A stretch of 64,000 bases of DNA from a virus (taxonomy: Duplodnaviria; Caudoviricetes), in the IMG/VR virus record IMGVR_UViG_3300036855_000024, positions 2,268 through 66,267 of that record. One strand, 5' to 3'. The notes below the pieces were generated by a model. It saw only the letters and a list, made by a program, of their open reading frames with translations, was not told where the DNA came from and searched no databases. Position numbers and translations under genes: made by a program. Each line of letters opens with the position of its first letter. The stretch's first letter is position 1. Positions 55,538 to 64,000 of this stretch are shown in pieces.

Positions 55538-56125
55538 TCACTTTCCAGTTGCTGGAGTTTGAACGAGGAGTTGCCTAGCTATTTGCGATCCAGTATCTGG
55601 GTCCGTAATCTCTTCACTACTGATGATACGGACTCCTGGGTGTCCTGCCTTAGTAAGGATAGGGCGGAACTTTTTGACAGTTGGGTTATCCTCTACACTA
55701 TTGATTCTGGCTACTTCTACCACGTTTGTTTCAACGATTTTTTTCTTAGGTCGGCTTATCCAGTATTCCTCTCCTCGGCACCCCCAGTACGTTGCAATGC
55801 AGATAATAGGCATTGCTATGGAGAGCGCAATCCAGAACGTAGGAACACAGACAAATACCAACGTCCAGACAATGAATGCTAAAGCCGCAATCCTGATGAG
55901 AGCTGTAATTCTGTCTATCTTCCTGTCCGGCAATTCGTGGAACATGTCAGTATTGCGAGTCACCTGGCCTATAGAGGCCAGAATGATAAACCCAGCAGTA
56001 CCTATTGCAACGGCAGTGATCCACCACTTGACCCCATAGATAGTAGGGATCACTGCCGCTGCCACACTCAGCGAACTACCGAATATCGGCCAGAACATTT
56101 TCCACTGCATTTCTAGCTCACCCAC
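55538..56125 (-). CDS. Multi-TM protein resembling the N-terminal membrane part of TraB
   Basis: Four hydrophobic segments, then ILTKAGHPGVRII. Confidence 0.65.
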   Translation of the reverse strand: MGELEMQWKMFWPIFGSSLSVAAAVIPTIYGVKWWITAVAIGTAGFIILASIGQVTRNTDMFHELPDRKIDRITALIRIAALAFIVWTLVFVCVPTFWIALSIAMPIICIATYWGCRGEEYWISRPKKKIVETNVVEVARINSVEDNPTVKKFRPILTKAGHPGVRIISSEEITDPDTGSQIARQLLVQTPATGK

Positions 56126-56158
56126 TCACCCTAGTATTGCTAGCTGCTGATTACCAAA

Positions 56159-57961
56159 TTACTCCACTGCTCGGCTATTACCCGCACTCGAAGCAATAGC
56201 AGCGTGCCCAGCTGTCAACGCTGCTCTGTTCCGCGCTACGTCTTCCAACGCAGCCGCGCGCATTAAATGGCCTTGGGCGGCAGCGTGCAAATCTGGGTCA
56301 TTAGACTGCAAATACGTCCCGGCGATATTCCTCTCCCTATTCGCTGCGATAATGTGTTGCACTGCTGAATGATTGGTGTGCCCAGCAGAATTGATATGTG
56401 TTGCTGCGACCGGCTGTCCTGTCTGTGCGTCTTGGACGGGACCGTTGGAAGACCTTGTAGCCATTGCATTCTCTCCTGCCTCTGTTGGTTGTGTGTCCTG
56501 CCCGTAGGCACCGCTCGTTAGGTGCTGAACCGACGGACCTAGTTCAGTAGTACTATTGATTGGCCCACCGTGTGGGTGTTCTCTATCAGGTCGGTGAGAC
56601 CATACTCTACTCGCTCCTGCTGTATCGTCTTCACTTCCATCATCTACGCTCTCGTGATATCCGTGGTCCTCACCCCTGGTATCGGTAGCATTGCGGCTAT
56701 TGGTGGGGATTCCGCCATCTACGTAGGTTCTACGGTGGCTTCGGTAGTCGGGTCCGGTGGCAGTCCACCAATTGCGCCAGTCTCGCCTATTCTGCCGTCC
56801 ATTATTCCAGCGGTTACGCCTGCGCTGCCACCATGACGGGTTAGTGTTTGTATTGGACGTGCTTCCAGCAGTGGGAACATTCGGAGTGTTCTGCCCACCA
56901 CCTGAGCCTGAACCGTTGCCGCCCCCAAACCAACGCCATGGCTTATACCAACTTCTACCCTTAGTTCCACTATTACCATTATTACCATTCCCGCTGGTGT
57001 TATTGTTACGCTTGCGATCTCCACCGTTTCCGTTTCCGTTACTGCCACTGCTACTGCCCCAGTTAAATGGATTCCAACGTCCGCCACGATGGCGCCGGTT
57101 AGGTGAATTATTATTCTTAGTGTTAGGACTGTTAGGCCCACTCGTCGGTCGGCTAGTAGGGTTGGTGGCGTTGTTGGATCGGTTACGCCTGCGGAACGGA
57201 TTCCAACGGCTACGAGGGTTCTGAGGGTCGGTATTGCGGGTCCGCCGTCTGTCCCTACCAGGTGGCCTGCCAGTAGGGTTCTGTGGGTTCCTAGAGCGTG
57301 TTCTTGACGTATCTCTGTCCCGGTTCCTCCTGAAGGGATTACGCCGACTGCCATCCGGGTTTCTGAACGAGCTACGCCGAGTACCGTCCGGATTACGCCG
57401 GAATGGATTTCGACTCCGGGAATTGGAGTTCCTACCCGGCCCACCTGGGCCGTTAGCACTCCGATTGATCGGGTTGCGTCCGTTGCGATTCCTATTAAAT
57501 AGTGACCTGCGCTGCCTCTGATTAGTACCGTTTGAGTTCGTCTTGTTAGGTGCCTTCTTGGATTTCTTTTTCATGTACGCGCGCACCGCGAGGAAAATCA
57601 GGAGCAGTACACCGGCAATCAAGCCAATAACGAGAGCAGCAGTCTTATTGACGAACCATAACCCAATAGCTATCACTACGAGCAGAATTGGAACGATCAA
57701 CCACAACGCACGAGCATGCTGGATTCCAGTTGATTGCAGAGCTGCTACCTTATCCTTACCCTGCAACGGCTTATTAACCGGCTTACCATCCGGGCCAATA
57801 GCAGCAGTTTCAGATTCATCAGGAATCTTGTCGAAAATAGACCCGCTATTACTGCTATTACCTCCATTAACGTTCGAACTAGTGGACTCCGCACGATTTT
57901 CCGTAGGAGAGTTCTCTGCCTTGGATAACGGTACTGATACCGGTTGTCCGTTAGTGCTCAC
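56159..57961 (-). CDS. Membrane protein with long Arg/Asn/Gly/Trp low-complexity region (Spd/Tra-like)
   Basis: Start reassigned to the GTG at 57961 (AGGAGG RBS). Two TM segments, then repeated RNPF/WNPF motifs. Confidence 0.7.
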   Translation of the reverse strand: MSTNGQPVSVPLSKAENSPTENRAESTSSNVNGGNSSNSGSIFDKIPDESETAAIGPDGKPVNKPLQGKDKVAALQSTGIQHARALWLIVPILLVVIAIGLWFVNKTAALVIGLIAGVLLLIFLAVRAYMKKKSKKAPNKTNSNGTNQRQRRSLFNRNRNGRNPINRSANGPGGPGRNSNSRSRNPFRRNPDGTRRSSFRNPDGSRRNPFRRNRDRDTSRTRSRNPQNPTGRPPGRDRRRTRNTDPQNPRSRWNPFRRRNRSNNATNPTSRPTSGPNSPNTKNNNSPNRRHRGGRWNPFNWGSSSGSNGNGNGGDRKRNNNTSGNGNNGNSGTKGRSWYKPWRWFGGGNGSGSGGGQNTPNVPTAGSTSNTNTNPSWWQRRRNRWNNGRQNRRDWRNWWTATGPDYRSHRRTYVDGGIPTNSRNATDTRGEDHGYHESVDDGSEDDTAGASRVWSHRPDREHPHGGPINSTTELGPSVQHLTSGAYGQDTQPTEAGENAMATRSSNGPVQDAQTGQPVAATHINSAGHTNHSAVQHIIAANRERNIAGTYLQSNDPDLHAAAQGHLMRAAALEDVARNRAALTAGHAAIASSAGNSRAVE

Positions 57962-58088
57962 TATCTGCCCTCCTATCTGGGTAGGCCGGAATCCGACCGG
58001 CTCTGTCTGCTGTGATGCTGACACTCTATACTGTAGCCTATAACACGGGCAGGGGGAAACAGGCACCACCGATAAGAGAGGTCGCCGG

Positions 58089-58901
58089 ATGAACGTCACT
58101 GCGCAGTCCTGGCTACTCGGAGCGCAGCTCCGCAGGCTGAGGGAGCAGGCTGGATTAACTGCCAAATACGTCGCGGAGACCTGGCTACAGAGATCTACCA
58201 GTTTCGTTTATTCGGTAGAAGGTGGATATCGGACACTTAATAAGTTGGAGTTGGAAGGGCTAGTGAGTACAGCCTATGGCAGGCCGGATGCTATCAAAAG
58301 GTTAGAAGACTTGCGGTCACTTGTCTCGGAAGGTAAATCAACTCGTGATAAGTCTACCAAGTACCCGGATTCGATGATGTTTCACGAACTACAAACGAAT
58401 GCTACGCAAGTATTCGACTTGTCTATCGAGTTGGTTCCCAGCCTCTGCCAAAACGAAGAGTACTCAATGGCGATGATGCGTATGGCTGGAAGAGACAACG
58501 AAGAGTCTCAGCAGTACACAAAGTCTAGGTTAGATAATCAGGTGAGGCTATTGAGCATGGATAGCCCACCAGATATCCACCTTACGGTGACGCAGGGAGC
58601 TCTGGATCGAGCATTCAGAGTAGATGGGCAGATTGCAAAGCTAGTCGAGAGGGCAGAGCACCCAGCCATCACACTCCGGATGATACCCACATCAGCAGGC
58701 GTGCACATGTTCAACAGTAGCTTTACCGTACTGCGCTTCCTCGACCTACCCAGCATTCTATTTCACGATCTGGTGACTGGCGGCGAACTGATAGACGACA
58801 ACAACGATGTAGAGCACGCAATGACCAGGTTAGCGCAGACTGAACCTATCCTGATGAGTGCAGAGGAAACTCTAATCAGACTCAGGCATATGGGCGGGTA
58901 A
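58089..58901 (+). CDS. XRE HTH + DUF5753 regulator
   Basis: LGAQLRRLREQAGLT...YSVEGG...; LVPSLCQNEEY, R..RL..Q, RMIP..AG.H, SFTVLRF. Confidence 0.85.
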   Translation: MNVTAQSWLLGAQLRRLREQAGLTAKYVAETWLQRSTSFVYSVEGGYRTLNKLELEGLVSTAYGRPDAIKRLEDLRSLVSEGKSTRDKSTKYPDSMMFHELQTNATQVFDLSIELVPSLCQNEEYSMAMMRMAGRDNEESQQYTKSRLDNQVRLLSMDSPPDIHLTVTQGALDRAFRVDGQIAKLVERAEHPAITLRMIPTSAGVHMFNSSFTVLRFLDLPSILFHDLVTGGELIDDNNDVEHAMTRLAQTEPILMSAEETLIRLRHMGG

Positions 58902-58911
58902 CTTCCGTTAG

Positions 58912-58960
58912 TACAAAGAAACACACTGCCTGTCTCGCCTAGGCAGTGTGTTTCTTTGTA
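58912..58960. terminator. 20-bp perfect inverted repeat, bidirectional terminator
   Basis: TACAAAGAAACACACTGCCT / AGGCAGTGTGTTTCTTTGTA. Confidence 0.85.
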
Positions 58961-59048
58961 GGGGTAGTACCGAGGTGGTTTTTGGTCCGGTCGGTTGGGG
59001 TTTGGGGTTTGGGGTTGGTTCAGGTACCACCTCCTTTCTTAGGCCCAA

Positions 59049-59522
59049 TCAGTTAGACCCTAGGCCATGAACTTGCATTAGTGGATCACCAGTAGAGGCG
59101 ATTTTCAGGTACTGGTGTGTTGCTACAGCGACCAGGCGATTGCCAGCATCCTTATCATTGTTGGCGAGGAACCGTTGAATCGTCTCGAACTGGAGGTCTG
59201 GGTTTCTGTCCAGACAAGACTGCATTGCAGAGACATAGCATTCGGCCGGCTTTACGTACTCCTCCGGTAGTTTGGTCGGTCCCTTCGTCACGACAAACTT
59301 AGGGTTTGGCACGCTGCTGGAGGATATAAGAATCTCAGCTGCCATACTGATACCCAAGGTAGCTAGTACTTCTAGGTCATAGGTATCCTTAGTAATAGAC
59401 CCGGCAATGATAGTAGCCGCTGCCAGGGACCCGCCAGTAGAGACAGCATAATCGTGGAATGCTAGACAATCTCTGAAGCACTGCTCACACATCGAGTCTC
59501 CCATTTGGTTGGCGGTACTCAT
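59049..59522 (-). CDS. Hypothetical protein
   Basis: 157-aa ORF. Confidence 0.55.
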   Translation of the reverse strand: MSTANQMGDSMCEQCFRDCLAFHDYAVSTGGSLAAATIIAGSITKDTYDLEVLATLGISMAAEILISSSSVPNPKFVVTKGPTKLPEEYVKPAECYVSAMQSCLDRNPDLQFETIQRFLANNDKDAGNRLVAVATHQYLKIASTGDPLMQVHGLGSN

Positions 59523-59895
59523 GTAATGTGTCTGCTTGCTCTCGGCACAGCTTGGCTAAGTCGAGAGCCATAGACCGTTGGGCTTCATCCTTTGAGGTTC
59601 TAGCGACCTTATCCCAGTTCTTAGCATCTTCTACCAATTGCTCTGCCCTCTCTATCTGTCTACTCACTGGAGACTTTATCCAACTGGCAATAGGATAGAT
59701 AACGACTATATAGACCAGAGCGAGTGGCCAAAAGAATATGTGTGCGAGTGTGAAGATCCAGTAGGTCCCGTCACGAGTCAGTGAATCGGTCTCTTCTGAA
59801 TTTCTCCAGATTACTTTACTTCGTATTCTGGCTAGAATGCACCCAACACCTAGATAAGCTATCGGAGCTTCTACTAGATCGAGTACCCAACCCAT
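59485..59895 (-). CDS. Membrane protein
   Basis: Two TM segments, FFWPL. Confidence 0.65.
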   Translation of the reverse strand: MGWVLDLVEAPIAYLGVGCILARIRSKVIWRNSEETDSLTRDGTYWIFTLAHIFFWPLALVYIVVIYPIASWIKSPVSRQIERAEQLVEDAKNWDKVARTSKDEAQRSMALDLAKLCREQADTLHEYRQPNGRLDV

Positions 59896-59900
59896 TACTT

Positions 59901-60365
59901 CTACCTAGTCCAATAACCGTAGACACATCGTGTCCCCCCGCGTGAGGGATTTCCGGTATCGCGAATAGTCCCATCCACAACAGCCACTATGTGTCTAGAT
60001 ACCTTAGCAATGAGAGTGTCAACATTTGGTAGTTCGTGTGGAACTAGGTGGACCTTGCATCCAGAACCAATGAACATAGTAGGTGTCCATGTCCAGCCTT
60101 GATCTTCGAGGAACGCGCGTGTGGTCGGCTTGAATATGCCCTTCCGCGCCGATGAACGGTTAGCACTGTCTAGTGTTCCTTCCACAATCTCGACAAACTT
60201 ATTGATCTCGTCATAGACAGTCTGGTAATCCATACCGCTAGCAATAGCGGTTGCCCTGGTAACGCAATCGCCAGCACTGCCCCTATAACCTGCCGCTACG
60301 CGGCCGCCATCATCATACTTGAATGGGAAGAGCTTAGGTTGCTTGCGAAAGATATTAGTGATCAC
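59901..60365 (-). CDS. Conserved phage protein with a putative Cys-His-Asp (papain/C39-like) triad
   Basis: DGGR...AGDCVTRA...RHIVAVVDG.IRDT...CVYGYW. Confidence 0.7.
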   Translation of the reverse strand: MITNIFRKQPKLFPFKYDDGGRVAAGYRGSAGDCVTRATAIASGMDYQTVYDEINKFVEIVEGTLDSANRSSARKGIFKPTTRAFLEDQGWTWTPTMFIGSGCKVHLVPHELPNVDTLIAKVSRHIVAVVDGTIRDTGNPSRGGTRCVYGYWTR

Positions 60366-60557
60366 TCCTAGTCACTTCCAATCAGGGAGTTTTGTTTGGG
60401 CACTCGGGATAGTGGGCGCCGATCGTACACGCCTTGAATGTACCGATATCTACATTCTTCGTGACAGTCTCCCCCGTGTCGTCGTCTCGGTATTGGATGA
60501 TGCGTGCGCAGTTGGGTTCGTCCATATTTATGCATCTGGACTCTTGGACGTATTCTT

Positions 60558-60959
60558 TCATAGTTGGATTCCAGACCGCCTACTAAGCTCCTGCTGGACG
60601 GTATCAGGAATCATACCGTCCTCTCCGCTAGCTCCAGGTGTTCCGTGGTGCTCACACGGGCGTACTCCATTCCATCCGTGATTACGGCAGTGAGAGTCAT
60701 AAGGGAGATCTCTACACGAACAGCAGTAGCAAGTAGTGCGCTCTACTTCATACCAGGCAGTTGCTGCAACCGTACGTCGCATCCTGTACCCTACGCACTC
60801 AATTTCCTCTTCCCACTGGCTCAACTCCGTAGTCAAGGCGTTAGGTCTGACTACTTCTAGTCCATCCTTATTCCTCATTGCTGTCCAGACCTTCCACATA
60901 ATCAGTAAGACGTTGGATAATTCGAGTTGCCTCGCCGACGCTGAGCCTACAACCACCAC
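60558..60959 (-). CDS. Cys/His-rich hypothetical protein
   Basis: CYCCSC...CRNHG...CEHH; start probably internal (MRNKD). Confidence 0.5.
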   Translation of the reverse strand: MVVVGSASARQLELSNVLLIMWKVWTAMRNKDGLEVVRPNALTTELSQWEEEIECVGYRMRRTVAATAWYEVERTTCYCCSCRDLPYDSHCRNHGWNGVRPCEHHGTPGASGEDGMIPDTVQQELSRRSGIQL

Positions 60960-61182
60960 GCAGCATAGGCGTATCGATGAGTGGAGTTACTAGGTCGTTA
61001 TCCTCTACTAGGCTGTCAGTAAGTTCTTTACGCAGAGCGCTAAGAAACTCAACGGTGTGGAGGCTGGCCGTAATAGACCTCTCCTCAGCAAGGATTAGTG
61101 CAGTAACTTCGCTGATGTGCTTCTTAACTTCCGTTCTGTGATGGCTCACAATAGTGGAACTCATCGCGTACCCACTTCCCAC
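60868..61182 (-). CDS. Hypothetical protein
   Basis: 104-aa ORF. Confidence 0.45.
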   Translation of the reverse strand: MGSGYAMSSTIVSHHRTEVKKHISEVTALILAEERSITASLHTVEFLSALRKELTDSLVEDNDLVTPLIDTPMLRGGCRLSVGEATRIIQRLTDYVEGLDSNEE

Positions 61183-61247
61183 AACACCCTTTAATGCATT
61201 CAGTCTAGATGGTTATCTAGCCTGCTGTCCGGAGCAAACTGGCACGA

Positions 61248-62051
61248 TCAGTCATCGCATGGATGGTTCTGGTGGTTCATCTCGCAGTAGTCGTGATGCT
61301 CGCCCATCGGGCCTGGGTCACACGAGCACTGAGCAGCGTCCTGAGTATTGGACTCACTTGCATGTCCAATGATGTATTGGACTCTATGTGCGAGTAATGC
61401 TCTGGACTCGCACACGTAAGCAATAGCGAGAGCTAGATTAGTAGCCTCTCCTATGCTGGACTCACTGGCAATCTCCGACATATTGTTTACATTTACCACA
61501 CTTCCACGTTCGATGGTATTTGACCAGACAGCTGAACCATCGCTCTCTACGTGCACAACGCGGTACTTCGGAGTGGCACGCTGCCAGGATTGATTATCAG
61601 CTCTCGGAACGAGGAAGCCTGTAACCATGTATTTGCTACTGTCGCCGGTGAAGTCAACTCGCCGGACAGTGTGACCTGTCCAGCGACTTCGGTTGTATCG
61701 ACGGTCTGGAGTTTGTGGAGAAATGCAACCGTAGCGAGCAAGTACACCCTTTAATTTACTGATAGTGATTTGCGACCAGCCGACGCTATCGGCCATTGTC
61801 GAGAATAAATCTATCGCTTCCTGCGGGGGGCATAGCTCAACGGAGCATCCCTCTGGCAGGTCACCCAGTGCAGAAAGTACTCCTGAGTGTGCCAGTGCAT
61901 TTAGAACTGAATAATACTGATCGTGTCGTAACTCTAATGCGCTCATAATCTGGCTAGGTTGCTCACCACTAGCCAGACGCACGTAAACTTGGTCTTCTAC
62001 TGTCATGTCCAACACAGTACAGCAGGTACACAGTAGTGTCAAACACTTCAC
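61248..62051 (-). CDS. Hypothetical protein with N-terminal HTH-like segment
   Basis: 267-aa ORF; start probably MTVED. Confidence 0.6.
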   Translation of the reverse strand: MKCLTLLCTCCTVLDMTVEDQVYVRLASGEQPSQIMSALELRHDQYYSVLNALAHSGVLSALGDLPEGCSVELCPPQEAIDLFSTMADSVGWSQITISKLKGVLARYGCISPQTPDRRYNRSRWTGHTVRRVDFTGDSSKYMVTGFLVPRADNQSWQRATPKYRVVHVESDGSAVWSNTIERGSVVNVNNMSEIASESSIGEATNLALAIAYVCESRALLAHRVQYIIGHASESNTQDAAQCSCDPGPMGEHHDYCEMNHQNHPCDD

Positions 62052-62103
62052 CCGTCCTAAACGACTGCGCTACCTGTTCGTGATAGCCATTGAATTTGAA
62101 TCC

Positions 62104-62799
62104 TTACGCTAGATTCTCGTTATAGACAACTCCTGGCCTACCACTGAACCATGCTGTAGTGATCGGTGACTTAACCTTGCACGTGACTACTAGGTGGCGC
62201 AGTAGGTGCCTGAGACTGTCTCTAGCGTGCTGCATTCCCTTGGTCGGCGTATACCAACCAAGGGCCTGCAACTTAACGTCCTTGACAAACCACAGAGCTT
62301 CCGACGCGCTCTGTGCGACGATCTCGATAGTCTTGTCTTGCCTAGCTGCGAGATTGAGAACTCCGATATACTCTCTGGAGATCAAGACTAGGCGGTCTCT
62401 ATTGGTTCTCATCTCTAGTAGGCTCTCTAGTGCTCCTATCACCTCACTGAGCTTACGCATATTTCCAGTCTTCAACTTGCTAATGAGGCCGTCTACTGCC
62501 CTGAATACTTTGTCAGATCCGTAGTCCTGTCTAAACTCGAACTGTTCATAAACTATGACCAGGTGACTACCCATACTCTGGGCATACTTGGATAGATCGA
62601 TAACTACGTTCATTAGTTCCACGTAGTGTGGGCCGGGTCCTAATTGTGCGCACTGAACTTTTCCACTGAACGGTGAGTACCAGGAATATCCTGTAGTCCC
62701 ACCTGGGTCGAATGCGGCGATGACAGCTACTGGCTTGTCTGTCTCACCCAGTGGCAGCGTCACTCTCACTGACTTATTGTTGACTCTCGCTGTTGACAT
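62104..62799 (-). CDS. RuvC-like Holliday junction resolvase
   Basis: IAAFDPGGTTG, VIVYEQF, EYIGVL, QHARDSLRH; helical insertion in the middle. Confidence 0.75.
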   Translation of the reverse strand: MSTARVNNKSVRVTLPLGETDKPVAVIAAFDPGGTTGYSWYSPFSGKVQCAQLGPGPHYVELMNVVIDLSKYAQSMGSHLVIVYEQFEFRQDYGSDKVFRAVDGLISKLKTGNMRKLSEVIGALESLLEMRTNRDRLVLISREYIGVLNLAARQDKTIEIVAQSASEALWFVKDVKLQALGWYTPTKGMQHARDSLRHLLRHLVVTCKVKSPITTAWFSGRPGVVYNENLA

Positions 62800-63080
62800 T
62801 GAATCCTTCCAATCAGGGTAAGAACTTCGTGTACTCACAGACTGGACACCAAATCATTTTTCGCGTTCCATAATCAATCATTACTGAACGCCATTTCAGA
62901 TCGTGTGTGCACCAAAACCCAAACCGAAGGCGGAACGAGATCATACACCACTCGTTGAGTAGCCATATTATCAACTCCAACACCTTCTATTCTTTTACTC
63001 AGCCCAGCTCCTTCTACGAGACACCCTCGTGGCAGTCATTCCTACCTTTCAGTTCTGTCCTATATGCCTTGCTGAGTGGA

Positions 63081-63359
63081 TTAAATGAACAACTCGTGAT
63101 AGCTAGTGGTACTCCCATATGCTTCGGTGAGGAAGGTTTTCTTTGCTTCCCTGTACTGCCAGAGTTCCACGTCCATGTATCCGATATGAAACATCTTGCA
63201 CGCTAGCTCAGTGAAGTAGTTATGCCTACTCCAGATTAGTCTGCCCCCATTATGGATAGAGGCCATTATCTTGTGATCATACATATCAGGAGTCCTGTCT
63301 GTCGATTGGGTGGGTAGAGAGTGCCTACAGTACAGCACCAGAACAGTAGTGTCAAACAT
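63081..63359 (-). CDS. Hypothetical protein
   Basis: 92-aa ORF; start uncertain. Confidence 0.4.
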   Translation of the reverse strand: MFDTTVLVLYCRHSLPTQSTDRTPDMYDHKIMASIHNGGRLIWSRHNYFTELACKMFHIGYMDVELWQYREAKKTFLTEAYGSTTSYHELFI

Positions 63360-63405
63360 GGGTTCGCATCTCTAGGATGGCCGCACGATTGAATCTGCTG
63401 TGTTA

Positions 63406-64000
63406 TTAGGCGGTCTTCTGTTCGGTCTCAGTATTATTAAGAACGTGTTGCATAAGTTGCTTACCGAGGTGGAAGCTGAATGCTGGTGGTATAGCCTCGT
63501 TCAGTTCGGCCTTAGTCATCCAATTGATACCCATTGCCACGCTTCCCTCAAACAGGTCGTTGCCCCCCAATAACTGCCCACCACCGAACACTGGCATTAC
63601 TCCACTCTTCCTGTAGTAGCCAGCGCTAGAGCATCCTGGTCCAGTCCATACCTTGTAGCATGGTAGATAATCCTGCCAATCGTGATCACACCCAGTACCC
63701 ACTAGTTCTATGTTCGACTCTATTAACCTATGGCGCCTTACCCTAAGCCCAGTACCTGACCCACACAGCATTATTGGATTTATAAGGTCTTGGCGTGCTC
63801 CCTCTACATTTTCCAAAATGTAAGGCAGACCGGAATGCAGAGCTATAGTTCGTAGTGGGACGATTAGTGCCGGGTGTGTGTGTGTGTGTGCCTGTACTTA
63901 GTAATACTATAGAACTGGCACGGCGGCGCTAACGACACAGCGTCGGCAACCTCCGCTAACCAAAGAGGGTCTATATCGAGAGCGTCGGCCTGTATGAATT
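63406..64000 (-). pseudogene. C5 DNA cytosine methyltransferase, frameshifted at a (CA)n tract, 5' end outside window
   Basis: Upstream frame FIQADAL...APPCQFYS ends at TAA 63864-63866. Downstream frame HPALI...PYILENVEGA...LCG...RHR...AMGINWMT..ELNEAIPPA. The junction is the 17-nt GT tract at 63874-63890. Confidence 0.8.

Noticed and set aside
58995-59018. TTGGGG(TTTGGGG)2 telomere-like or G-quadruplex tract
   Set aside because: Only three G4 runs plus a GG, in a short intergenic stretch next to a terminator; no supporting context.

Overview
About 64 kb of a tailed actinobacteriophage genome (siphovirus-like, roughly 50-55% GC), cut at both window edges. An actinomycete host is inferred from WhiB, DUF732, XRE-DUF5753 and TraB-like genes. 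1-10.7 kb (minus strand) is the replication/nucleotide module: a family-4 UDG domain running off the edge, MazG-like, nucleoside 2-deoxyribosyltransferase, primase/DUF3987, SSB-like, AAA_24 ATPase, a Cas4-like nuclease with a class-3 LAGLIDADG intein, WhiB, SNF2 helicase and PadR. 10.7-13.6 kb is a divergent control region with an XRE gene. 13.6-33.5 kb (plus strand) is a complete morphogenesis operon, including a tail chaperone with a CCCTTTA -1 frameshift. It is followed by an inverted GH25 endolysin/DUF1003 cassette, a holin, and a GC-rich islet with a truncated tyrosine recombinase. 37-64 kb (mostly minus strand) is accessory. The most notable items there are: (i) a TraB/FtsK-like conjugation-type module with a clt-like 8-bp repeat cluster directly after its stop codon; (ii) a 2-kb structured-RNA locus behind a consensus promoter, containing a tRNA whose anticodon loop is replaced by a ~120-nt structured insert plus a second aberrant tRNA; (iii) a C5 DNA methyltransferase frameshifted at a (CA)n tract, possibly phase variable. 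All family assignments come from motif recognition by eye; no database searches were run.
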